Origin: Anaerolineae bacterium
GTDB taxonomy: Bacteria; Chloroflexota; Anaerolineae; Promineifilales; Promineifilaceae
Direction: 5' to 3'
Assembly: GCA_034435495.1 (NCBI GenBank)
Contig: DAOTXO010000066.1
Coordinates: 12,436 to 76,435 of the forward strand
DNA length: 64,000 nucleotides
Part shown: positions 9,581 to 18,230 of the stretch, piece after piece
Numbering within the stretch: the first letter of the stretch is position 1
How the letters are laid out: the number at the start of each line of letters is the position of its first letter
Translations under genes and position numbers: made by a program
The notes under the pieces: model-generated
The model's database searches: none
What the model was told of the DNA's origin: nothing
The model's input: the letters and a program-made list of their open reading frames with translations, nothing else

Positions 9581-11089
9581 TTAACGCCGCCAGGCTGAGG
9601 GATTGAAAAAGACGAGCAGGGGTAATATCTCCAACCGGCCGGCCAGCATTCCCAATATCAAAACCAACTTGGCTGGGGGCGGCAAGGCTATCGCCTCCGC
9701 CAAAGGTAAAAAGCTGGGACCAAAGCCGCCCAGAGCGCTGAAGGCGGCTGAGTAAGCCTCTAAAAGGGTGAGCCGGGGAACCAAAACGGTGAGCATCAAC
9801 CCCGCCCCGCCGAGATAGACCAGCCACAACAAGAGCAGAAAGACAACCTGGCGCAACAAATTTTGGCTGATGGGCCGGCCGTCCAGAATGGGAATATGCA
9901 GGGCATGGGGCGGCGTCCACAATTGACGTATCTCATGCGTCACCAATTTCACCAGCAAGCCCACGCGTATTATCTTGAACCCGCCAGCGGTGGAGCCAGC
10001 GCAGCCACCAACCAACATCAACAGCAGAAAAATTTCTCTGGCAATCTGGGGAAAAGCCATGATGGGCGTGATCTCATAACCGGTGGTGGAGATTAAAGCA
10101 GCCACAGTGAAAAATGAGCTGCCCAACCACTCCCCCATCGTCCCCCCCTGCATACGCCAACTCACCAGGGTGACAGCGCCGACGCTGCCGATCAATAGAT
10201 CCCACAGAAGGCGCATCTCCAACCCATCCCACAAGGCGTTCCACTCACCCCGTCGGCCCAGGCGGTAAAGGACATAGAAGTTGATCCCTCCTACCAGCAT
10301 AAAGAAAGCCACCACCAATTCCAACCACATATAATGCGGGAATTGGGCCGGCCGCGCCCGATAGTAAGCCAGACTTTCATCATGGGTGGAAAAGCCGCCG
10401 GTGGCAACTGTCGTCATGGCGTGGGCCAGGCTATCGAAAAGGGACATGCCCAGCAAGGTGGTCGCTAGGGTTTGGGCCAGCGTCAGGATGAGATAGATGG
10501 CCAAAAAGCGGTAGGCAGCCTGACGAAAGTTGAGGGAAAGGCGACCTGAATCCACCTTCACCCCTTCGGCGCTCACCAGTGGCAACGCTTCCAGTCCCTG
10601 GCTGCGCCCCACCAGCAACACCAACAACAGAATCCCGATCCCCCCCAACCATTGGGTCAGAGCGCGCCAAAGCAGAATCGACCGCGGCAAATTGTCCAGG
10701 CCGGAGATAACAGTAGCGCCCACAGTGGTGAAGCCACTGAAACCTTCCACCAGGGCATCAATGGGACTTAAACCCACCACCAGCAGATAGGGCCACGCCC
10801 CCCAAACGCTGACCACCAGCCAGGCCGTGGTGGTTACCAGAAAAGCTTCGGCGGTAGTCAGGGCTAACAACAACCCCCGGCCGGCACGCAACCACCAGCC
10901 GGCCGCCAGCGCGCCAATAGCCGGGAGGACAAAGCCGCGCAGATCATTCCAGACCGGCCGACCGTCGGCCTCCCAAATTGCCAGGGCGGCCGGGGCCAGT
11001 AACGCCAACCCCAGAGCGATCAGCACAGGCCCTTGATAAGTGGCCACCAGGGCCAGCCGTCGTTGCCACAAAGCGCGGGATGGCACCAT
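9581..11089 (-). CDS. trkH: TrkH/KtrB-family potassium uptake membrane protein
   Basis: 502 aa polytopic protein with TrkH-like motifs (GGFSTHDESLAYY, TTGYE). Confidence 0.85.
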   Translation of the reverse strand: MVPSRALWQRRLALVATYQGPVLIALGLALLAPAALAIWEADGRPVWNDLRGFVLPAIGALAAGWWLRAGRGLLLALTTAEAFLVTTTAWLVVSVWGAWPYLLVVGLSPIDALVEGFSGFTTVGATVISGLDNLPRSILLWRALTQWLGGIGILLLVLLVGRSQGLEALPLVSAEGVKVDSGRLSLNFRQAAYRFLAIYLILTLAQTLATTLLGMSLFDSLAHAMTTVATGGFSTHDESLAYYRARPAQFPHYMWLELVVAFFMLVGGINFYVLYRLGRRGEWNALWDGLEMRLLWDLLIGSVGAVTLVSWRMQGGTMGEWLGSSFFTVAALISTTGYEITPIMAFPQIAREIFLLLMLVGGCAGSTAGGFKIIRVGLLVKLVTHEIRQLWTPPHALHIPILDGRPISQNLLRQVVFLLLLWLVYLGGAGLMLTVLVPRLTLLEAYSAAFSALGGFGPSFLPLAEAIALPPPAKLVLILGMLAGRLEILPLLVFFNPSAWRR

Positions 11090-11093
11090 GGGG

Positions 11094-11789
11094 CTAACTG
11101 CGGAACAAACTTCGGCGCGGTCGATTGATGATCTGGTCGATCCGCTCGATGTCGTCGGGCGGCGCGACTACCAGAATCTCATCCCCCACCGCCACTGTTT
11201 CCCGGTCACGGGGCAGATGAAAACTCTGGTTTTCCACCTTGAGCAAACCTAGCACCAGAGCGCGTGGTGGGAAGGTGCGGTTTTCCCACAGCTCCTTGAG
11301 GTCGTGTCGCACCAAAGGGGAAACGGGCAACACCACAATCGCGGCAATTTCCACCCGCCCATCCCCCAACGCCATGACATGGCGTACATTGGGTTGCTCA
11401 ATGGCAATTAGAAACTTATTGAGCAGGTAATCGAAGGAAGAGAAAATGTTGGTGATGCCGGCCAGCTCGTAGGCGGATTGATAATGGTGCTGGCGCAACC
11501 AGGCCAAAATCAAGGGGCGCTGAAATTGACGCGCAAACAGACCCACCATAATGTTTTTGATGTCCTTCTCCAACAGCGTCACCACCACATCGGCGCGGTC
11601 GATGCCCGCCTCACGCAGCACGCGAATGTTGGTCGTTTCTCCCTGCACCACCAAACACCCAACTTCGGTCGCTACCATCTGACAATACTCTGGATTGTCG
11701 TCCAGATAGGCCACCTCGTGCCCACGCGCCACCAACTCAGCCGCCAGGGTTCGCCCCAAAGGGTCTTCGTTTACAATTAAGATGTACAT
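11094..11789 (-). CDS. trkA: TrkA/KtrA-family K+ uptake regulatory subunit (TrkA-N + TrkA-C) with degenerate dinucleotide-binding motif
   Basis: 231 aa, 4 bp upstream of trkH. The N-terminal beta-alpha-beta reads ILIVNEDPLGRTLAAEL where GxGxxG would normally sit. C-terminal TrkA-C-like (VLPVSPLVRHDLKEL). Confidence 0.75.
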   Translation of the reverse strand: MYILIVNEDPLGRTLAAELVARGHEVAYLDDNPEYCQMVATEVGCLVVQGETTNIRVLREAGIDRADVVVTLLEKDIKNIMVGLFARQFQRPLILAWLRQHHYQSAYELAGITNIFSSFDYLLNKFLIAIEQPNVRHVMALGDGRVEIAAIVVLPVSPLVRHDLKELWENRTFPPRALVLGLLKVENQSFHLPRDRETVAVGDEILVVAPPDDIERIDQIINRPRRSLFRS

Positions 11790-11890
11790 AGACGCACCTA
11801 CCGTGGCACAACTCTAACACCAGAGGCTTTTTCCGCCCAAAAAGAGGCCATATCGACGCAGTTGACTTAAAGCTGCTACAATTACGCCAG

Positions 11891-13690
11891 ATGCCGGCCG
11901 GTGCTATTCCCCCCACCGTCTCAGCGGCCGGTCGCTTCTCTGCATCCATAGGAGATATGACATCCATGGCTGACACAATTTCGACGCCTGATGGCGCTTA
12001 TCGATTGCAATGGGGCGTGCGCCTCCCTCTGCGCGATGGGGTGCAACTCAACGCCACGCTTTACCTATCCCCTCAACAGGCGGAGCCGGTGCCGGCGGTT
12101 GTCACCATGACCCCCTACATCAGCGACACCTACCATGAGCGCGGACGCTACTTTGCCCAGCATGGCTATATCTTTGTGATCGTGGATGTGCGAGGGCGGG
12201 GCAGCTCCGAGGGCGTCTTTGAGCCCTTTTTGCACATGAGCGAAGATGGGTACGATGTGGTGGAATGGATCGCCGCCCAGCCGTGGTGCAATGGCAAAGT
12301 AGGCATGTGGGGTGGCTCCTACGCCGGTCAAAACCAGTGGGCCACCCTCAAGGCGCGACCGCCTCATCTGACGACCATTGCCCCGGCCGCGGCTGTGCAT
12401 CTAGGCGTCGATTTCCCCGGCCTGCACAACATCTTCTACGCCTACAATATCCAATGGTTGACGTTCACCGGTGGGCGCACGCCTAATGCTAACCTCTTTC
12501 AAGACGATGCTTTTTGGGAAGATAAGTTCAAGCAGCTCTTTCTGGAACATCGCCCCTTTCGTGAGTTGGACACTCTGGTGGGTAACCCGTCGGCCGCCTT
12601 TCAACACTGGTTGTCCCATCCCGAAGCGCCAGCCTATTGGAACCAGTTTCTGCCCAGCGCTGCCGATTATGCCGCCTTTGACATTCCCATCCTGACCATC
12701 ACCGGCCACTTCGATGGGGACCAGCCAGGAGCGCTGCATTACTACCGGCAACACATGCACCATGGGACAGCGGCGGCTATTGCCAGCCACTATCTCATCC
12801 TGGGGCCTTATGACCACGCCGGCACACGCACCCCCAAACGTCAGGTAGGCGGATTGACTTTTGGAGAGGCGGCCTTGCTGGACCTCAACGCCCTGCACCA
12901 AGAATGGTATGACTGGACGATGAAAGGGGGGGAACGGCCGGCCTTCTTACAGCAACGTGTCGCCTACTATGTGGTGGGGCAGGAAAAGTGGCGCTACGCC
13001 GATAGCCTGGAGGCGATTGGGGCCACGCCGCGCCGCTACTATTTGTTGGCCGGGGCTGACCCCCGGCCAGACGTTTTCCACTCCGGCCATCTGGTGGAAA
13101 CCCGGCACAACAGCCCGCCACTTGCCTATGTGTACGATCCACTCGACACGCGGTCGGCCGAGCGTGACGCCCAACCCGAACCCGATTATTTGCTCAGCCA
13201 ACGCCTGCCCCTGGCGCTGGAAGGGGATGGTCTGATCTTCCACAGCGCGCCCCTCTCTCAGGCCGTGACCATGGTGGGCTGGCTGCGCCTCGTCGCCTGG
13301 ATCAGCCTCGATACGCCCGACACCGACTTTTACGCCGGCGTCTATGAAATCACAACCACGGGTCAAAGCATCAAATTGGGGGATGCCCTTCTGCGGGCAC
13401 GCTACCGGCACTCCCTCGTCGAACCCCAACTGGTGACGCCGGGTGTCATTGAGCGATATGAGTTCGACACCTTCTGGTTTCACGCCCGGGAACTGGCGCG
13501 AGGCAGCCGGTTGCGGCTGGTGGTCACCGCGCCCAACACCTTCCACCTGATGAAAAATTACAACAGCGGCGGCGTGGTGGCCGAGGAAACGGCTGCCGAC
13601 GCCCGCACCGCCCATGTGACGCTCTACGCCGATGCGGAGCACCCCAGCTATTTGGAGCTGCCCCTCCTGCCCACGTCACAGCCTGCATGA
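11891..13690 (+). CDS. CocE/NonD-family hydrolase (X-Pro dipeptidyl-peptidase S15-like alpha/beta hydrolase)
   Basis: YISDTYHERGRYFAQHGYIFVIVDVRGRGSSEG...GMWGGSYAG; C-terminal jelly-roll domain. The true start is probably ATG 11957 or 11966 (RBS AGGAGA upstream). Confidence 0.8.
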   Translation: MPAGAIPPTVSAAGRFSASIGDMTSMADTISTPDGAYRLQWGVRLPLRDGVQLNATLYLSPQQAEPVPAVVTMTPYISDTYHERGRYFAQHGYIFVIVDVRGRGSSEGVFEPFLHMSEDGYDVVEWIAAQPWCNGKVGMWGGSYAGQNQWATLKARPPHLTTIAPAAAVHLGVDFPGLHNIFYAYNIQWLTFTGGRTPNANLFQDDAFWEDKFKQLFLEHRPFRELDTLVGNPSAAFQHWLSHPEAPAYWNQFLPSAADYAAFDIPILTITGHFDGDQPGALHYYRQHMHHGTAAAIASHYLILGPYDHAGTRTPKRQVGGLTFGEAALLDLNALHQEWYDWTMKGGERPAFLQQRVAYYVVGQEKWRYADSLEAIGATPRRYYLLAGADPRPDVFHSGHLVETRHNSPPLAYVYDPLDTRSAERDAQPEPDYLLSQRLPLALEGDGLIFHSAPLSQAVTMVGWLRLVAWISLDTPDTDFYAGVYEITTTGQSIKLGDALLRARYRHSLVEPQLVTPGVIERYEFDTFWFHARELARGSRLRLVVTAPNTFHLMKNYNSGGVVAEETAADARTAHVTLYADAEHPSYLELPLLPTSQPA

Positions 13691-13752
13691 ACCCACGCCG
13701 CCGGGACTTCCCAGCTCCGGCGGCGTCATAACCCCACCCAAGGAGTCCGTCC

Positions 13753-14172
13753 ATGAAAATGTTCAGCGCCACCACAACGATCCAGGCTTCGCCTGAAACG
13801 ATCTGGGCCATCTTGACAGATGCCGCCAACTACCCGGCCTGGGACCCGTGGGCGATACGCATTGAAGGTACGATTGGGCCGGGGCAGACGGTGACCGCCT
13901 ACACCAAACTTAGCCCCGACCGTGCCTTTCCAGCCAAAGTGACAGTGTTTGAGCCGAACCGGCGCATGGTCTGGACAGGCGGACTACCGCTGGGTCTGTT
14001 CAAGGGAGAACGAATCTTCTCACTGGAGCCGCGCCCGGATGGCGTGGCGTTTACAGTGCAGGAAGCGTTCAGTGGGCTGTTGTTGCCGCTTTTTGGGCGC
14101 TCCCTGCCGGATATGACCCAACCCTTTCAAGACTTTGTCAATGGCCTCAAAGCACGCGCAGAGGGGAAGTAG
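13753..14172 (+). CDS. SRPBCC-family protein (polyketide cyclase/dehydrase / START-like fold)
   Basis: 139 aa. ATTTIQASPETIWAILTDAANYPAWDPW is the typical SRPBCC N-terminus. RBS AAGGAG. Confidence 0.7.
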   Translation: MKMFSATTTIQASPETIWAILTDAANYPAWDPWAIRIEGTIGPGQTVTAYTKLSPDRAFPAKVTVFEPNRRMVWTGGLPLGLFKGERIFSLEPRPDGVAFTVQEAFSGLLLPLFGRSLPDMTQPFQDFVNGLKARAEGK

Positions 14173-14221
14173 AGACAACCGTCCACCCCTGACACGCTTG
14201 AGGTAGACGCAAAGCTTTAGA

Positions 14222-14250
14222 TCTGGCGCACCGTCAAGGTGCGCCAGATT
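14222..14250 (+). promoter_or_regulatory. stable hairpin (11-bp stem) followed by an extended -10-like TGCTATACT; terminator of the SRPBCC gene and/or promoter element for comM
   Basis: TCTGGCGCACC gtcaa GGTGCGCCAGA is followed by ttgTGcTATACT. No strong U-tract. Confidence 0.3.
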
Positions 14251-14369
14251 GTGCTATACTACGCGGACGTTGTTACTCGCGTTCCCGACCGGCCGAAACA
14301 GGGTGCGATGTCTTGCCAGATCTGTCACCCCGGCCGCGTGTCACACAACAACAATGAGGTGAGGCAAAT

Positions 14370-15902
14370 ATGCTGGCTAAAGTTCTGAGCTGTGCCATTG
14401 TGGGCCTGGAAGCAGAGCTGGTCGAGGTGGAAGTGGATATTCGCCGCGGCCTTGCCTCCTTCATGTTGGTCGGCCTGCCAGACGCCGCCGTGCGCGAAAG
14501 CCGCGACCGCGTGGCGGCCGCCATCAAAAATAGCGATCTGACGTTCCCCGGCGACAGGCGCATCCCCGTCAATCTGGCGCCGGCCGACCTGCGCAAAGAA
14601 GGGCCGGCTTACGATTTGCCCATTGCGGTAGGCATGTTGGCTGCCTCCCAACAGGTGTGGACAGGCAAATTGGAGGGCGGTATTTTCGTGGGCGAGTTAT
14701 CGCTGGACGGCGCCATCCGTCCCACCAAGGGGGCTCTGCTGATGGCCAGTCTGGCGCGGAACAAGGGTATTCCACACCTGTTTGTGCCGGCCGCCAACGC
14801 CGCCGAAGCGGCCCTGCTACCCGAGATCAATGTCATCCCGGTGGAAACCCTGAGCCAGTTGGTAGGCCACCTGATCGGCTTACGCCCGATCGAACCCTAC
14901 ACCCGCACGCCGACGCTGTTGGATGGGGCAGAAACAACCCCTATCACCGACTTTGCCGACATTATGGGGCAGGAACATGTCAAACGTGCTATGGAGGTGG
15001 CAGCGGCCGGCGGCCACAATGCCCTGCTCACCGGCCCGCCCGGGGCGGGTAAAACTCTCATTGCCCGCGCTCTACCCGGCATTCTCCCCAACCTGACCAT
15101 CGAAGAGGCGCTGGAGGTGACCAAAATCTACAGCGTAGCCGGCATGTTGCCAGAAGATATACCTCTGGTGCGCCAACGCCCCTTTCGTTCGCCCCACCAC
15201 ACCATCAGTTACGCCGGGCTGGTGGGCGGCGGGGCCTGGCCGCGTCCTGGGGAGATCTCTCTGGCGCACCGGGGGGTGCTCTTTCTGGACGAGTTGCCTG
15301 AATTTGGACAACGTTTGATCGAGGTCTTGCGCCAACCGTTGGAGGGGTTGCCCCGTGAGGTGTCCATCTCACGAGCCACCAGCAGCGTGACCTATCCGGC
15401 CAATTTCATGCTGGTGGCGGCGCAGAATCCCTGCCCCTGCGGCTATTACGGTGATCCTACCCACACCTGCACCTGTTCCAACACTATGGTGACGCGCTAT
15501 CAAAAACGCATCTCTGGCCCGCTGCTTGACCGCATTGACATCCATGTGGATGTGCCCCGGGTGGCGTTTGAGAAGCTGACAGCTCAGCGCCGGGGGGAAT
15601 CCTCAGCCGCCATTCGCACACGAGTGATCGCGGCGCGCCAGCGTCAGGCAGCGCGCTTTGCCAATCTTAGCCTGTTCAGCAACGCCGATATGGGGCCCGG
15701 TGAGGTGCGCCAATTCTGCGTTCTGGATCAAACCGGGGGGCGGCTGATGAAAAGCGCCATGGCCCAAATGGGTCTCAGCGCACGCGGTTTCCATCGGGTA
15801 CTCAAAGTGGCCCGTACCATTGCCGACCTGGCCGGCGTGGCTGAGATTCAACCTCCTCATCTGGCTGAAGCATTGCAATACCGCCCGCGCCAATATGAAT
15901 AA
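14370..15902 (+). CDS. comM: YifB/ComM-family Mg-chelatase-like AAA+ ATPase
   Basis: N-terminal Lon-like domain (VGLPDAAVRESRDRV); Walker A GPPGAGKT; C-terminal Mg-chelatase motifs. Confidence 0.9.
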   Translation: MLAKVLSCAIVGLEAELVEVEVDIRRGLASFMLVGLPDAAVRESRDRVAAAIKNSDLTFPGDRRIPVNLAPADLRKEGPAYDLPIAVGMLAASQQVWTGKLEGGIFVGELSLDGAIRPTKGALLMASLARNKGIPHLFVPAANAAEAALLPEINVIPVETLSQLVGHLIGLRPIEPYTRTPTLLDGAETTPITDFADIMGQEHVKRAMEVAAAGGHNALLTGPPGAGKTLIARALPGILPNLTIEEALEVTKIYSVAGMLPEDIPLVRQRPFRSPHHTISYAGLVGGGAWPRPGEISLAHRGVLFLDELPEFGQRLIEVLRQPLEGLPREVSISRATSSVTYPANFMLVAAQNPCPCGYYGDPTHTCTCSNTMVTRYQKRISGPLLDRIDIHVDVPRVAFEKLTAQRRGESSAAIRTRVIAARQRQAARFANLSLFSNADMGPGEVRQFCVLDQTGGRLMKSAMAQMGLSARGFHRVLKVARTIADLAGVAEIQPPHLAEALQYRPRQYE

Positions 15903-16031
15903 CCGGCCGGCGCGTGTCTTTTGGCCGGTTCGGGGGTTTGTATGGTCGAGCCTGGATGGTCGCCCTTGTGCGTGCGCCCATCCTGAAGGTCACGCCCGGC
16001 CAGCGTGAATCTTTACCCAACAGGTTAGTGC

Positions 16032-17006
16032 GTGAAGGCAACTCTTATCTTCAACCCGATTGCCGGCCCTTCTCATTACGGTCAGGCTATTGAACAGGCG
16101 GCTGATCTGTGGCGCACCTATGGCTGGTGGGTGGACGTGCGCCCCACCCAATACGCCGGTCATGCCATTCAACTGGCGCGCCAGGAAGCGGATAAAGGAA
16201 CCGATGTGGTCATTGCCGCTGGCGGCGATGGCACACTGGGTCAGGTAGCCAACGGTCTAGCCCACAGCCCCACCATCATGGCCCCCATGCCGGTAGGAAC
16301 GGGCAATTCGCTGGCTAAAGAGCTGCGCCTGCCGCGTCCGGGTTACTTTCAATATGAGCGCCTGCTCGACGCCTCGGAGGCTCTGATTCAGGGGCGCGTT
16401 CAGGATATGGATATGGTGCAAACCAACAACGGCCAATATTGGCTGCTGTGGGCCGGCGCGGGCGCGGATGGGTATCTCGTGGAGCACATTGAGCCGCGCT
16501 CGAAACAAAGCAAACGTCTGGGCGCGGCCGGCTACCTGCTCCAAAGCCTGTACATCTTGCGCCGCATCCCCTCCTGGGATACAGTGGTGGAAATCGACGG
16601 ACGCAGTGTGCGGGGCGACTATTTGTTGGTCGTGGTCAGCAATTGTCGCCTCTTCGCCGGTGGCGAGCTCGTGTTGACGCCGGATGCCATTCTGGATGAT
16701 GGGCGGATGGAAGTCTGGTGCTTTCAAGGGCAACATGAGCTGATGGTCTACCGCTATCTGCTGGAGTTACGCCTGGGCTTGCACCATAACGACCCCAGGG
16801 TGGAAATGTACCGGGGACGGGAGGTGTCCATTCACACCCAACCCTCCATGCCGGTACACACTGATGGCGAGAAGGGGGGCTGCACCCCGTTTTACTCCCG
16901 CGTCTGTTCGGGGGCCTTGCGGTTGTTAACACCCACCACGGCGCCGGCCAGTCTTTTCAGCCGCCCCGGCAGTCGGCTTAGTCGGCTCTATGGTTTCGAT
17001 GCCTGA
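16032..17006 (+). CDS. diacylglycerol kinase catalytic-domain family lipid kinase (YegS/DagK-like)
   Basis: IFNPIAG...VVIAAGGDGTLGQVANGL is the DAGK_cat signature. Confidence 0.8.
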   Translation: MKATLIFNPIAGPSHYGQAIEQAADLWRTYGWWVDVRPTQYAGHAIQLARQEADKGTDVVIAAGGDGTLGQVANGLAHSPTIMAPMPVGTGNSLAKELRLPRPGYFQYERLLDASEALIQGRVQDMDMVQTNNGQYWLLWAGAGADGYLVEHIEPRSKQSKRLGAAGYLLQSLYILRRIPSWDTVVEIDGRSVRGDYLLVVVSNCRLFAGGELVLTPDAILDDGRMEVWCFQGQHELMVYRYLLELRLGLHHNDPRVEMYRGREVSIHTQPSMPVHTDGEKGGCTPFYSRVCSGALRLLTPTTAPASLFSRPGSRLSRLYGFDA

Positions 17007-17061
17007 ATAGCCCAACCTGGGCGAAGGCAGCTGGTCTCTGCTGGCATCTGAATCCCAAACG

Positions 17062-18105
17062 ATGATGGATAAAATTGACTTTCGTTCCGACACGGTCACC
17101 TGGCCCACCCCGGCGATGCGCCGGGCGATGGCCAACGCAGCGTTGGGAGATGATGTTTATGGCGAAGACCCAACCATCACAGCGCTGGAGCGGCGAGCCG
17201 CCGAGCTCACCGGCCACGAAGCCGCCTTGTTCGTCGCCAGCGGCACGATGGGCAATCTGGTGTGCCTGTTGACGCATGGCCAGCGTGGCGATGAGATCAT
17301 CGTGGGCGAGGCGCACCATGTTTTGTGTTGGGAAGCGGGCGGCATGGCTGTTGTGGGCGGCATGATTCCCCGCCCTGTGGCGATGGATCGCGTCGGCCGG
17401 CTCAGATTGGCGGCCATCGAGAACGCTATCCGCGAGGATGATCCCCACCTGCCGCGTACCCGTCTCATCTGGCTGGAAAACAGTAGTGGTGGGCGTTTTG
17501 GGGCGGCGCTGCCGCCCGCTTACATGGCCGAGGTGAAGGCGCTGGCCGGCCGGTACGGTCTGGCGGTTCATCTGGATGGAGCGCGTCTGTTCAACGCAGC
17601 TGTGGCCCAGAGCATCCCGGCCGTTGAGCTGACCCGCCATGTGGATTCTGTCTCCTTTTGCCTCAGCAAAGGACTGTGCGCTCCCGTCGGTTCGGTTGTG
17701 TGCGGTTCCGGCGCTTTCATTCACCAGGCGCGTCGCCGACGCAAACTTCTGGGCGGGGGCATGCGGCAGGCGGGTGTTCTGGCGGCGGCCGGGCTGGTGG
17801 CGTTGGAGGAAATGATCGACCGGCTGGCCGAAGACCACCACCGCGCCCGCCGCCTGGCGGAAGGTCTGGCGACTATCCCCGGCCTGGTTTTAGACCTGGT
17901 GGATGTCCACACCAACATGGTCTTTTTTGAGCTGGCCCCCGATGCGCCTTACGATGCTTCGATAGTTGTGCGTCGCCTGCGCGAGGAACATCATGTCTGG
18001 TTGGGGGCGGAGGGACCGCGCTCTTTCCGCGCCGTGACCCACTACTGGGTGGACGACGACGCCGTTGACGCCCTCGTCTACGGCCTGCGCCACATCGTCG
18101 CCTGA
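17062..18105 (+). CDS. ltaE: low-specificity L-threonine aldolase
   Basis: DFRSDTVT.PT..M..A...A.LGDDVYGEDPT...LE and other PLP beta-eliminating lyase family motifs. Confidence 0.85.
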   Translation: MMDKIDFRSDTVTWPTPAMRRAMANAALGDDVYGEDPTITALERRAAELTGHEAALFVASGTMGNLVCLLTHGQRGDEIIVGEAHHVLCWEAGGMAVVGGMIPRPVAMDRVGRLRLAAIENAIREDDPHLPRTRLIWLENSSGGRFGAALPPAYMAEVKALAGRYGLAVHLDGARLFNAAVAQSIPAVELTRHVDSVSFCLSKGLCAPVGSVVCGSGAFIHQARRRRKLLGGGMRQAGVLAAAGLVALEEMIDRLAEDHHRARRLAEGLATIPGLVLDLVDVHTNMVFFELAPDAPYDASIVVRRLREEHHVWLGAEGPRSFRAVTHYWVDDDAVDALVYGLRHIVA

Positions 18106-18230
18106 CGCGCCATCCTCTCCCTCAAATCCTCTCCTCGTTATTCGCCACAAGTGGGGTGAAGTGGCATAATACATTCAGGCTGTCAGCCACCCGCTGACGC
18201 TTATCTGCGTCCAGGTGTGATGTAAACTTT

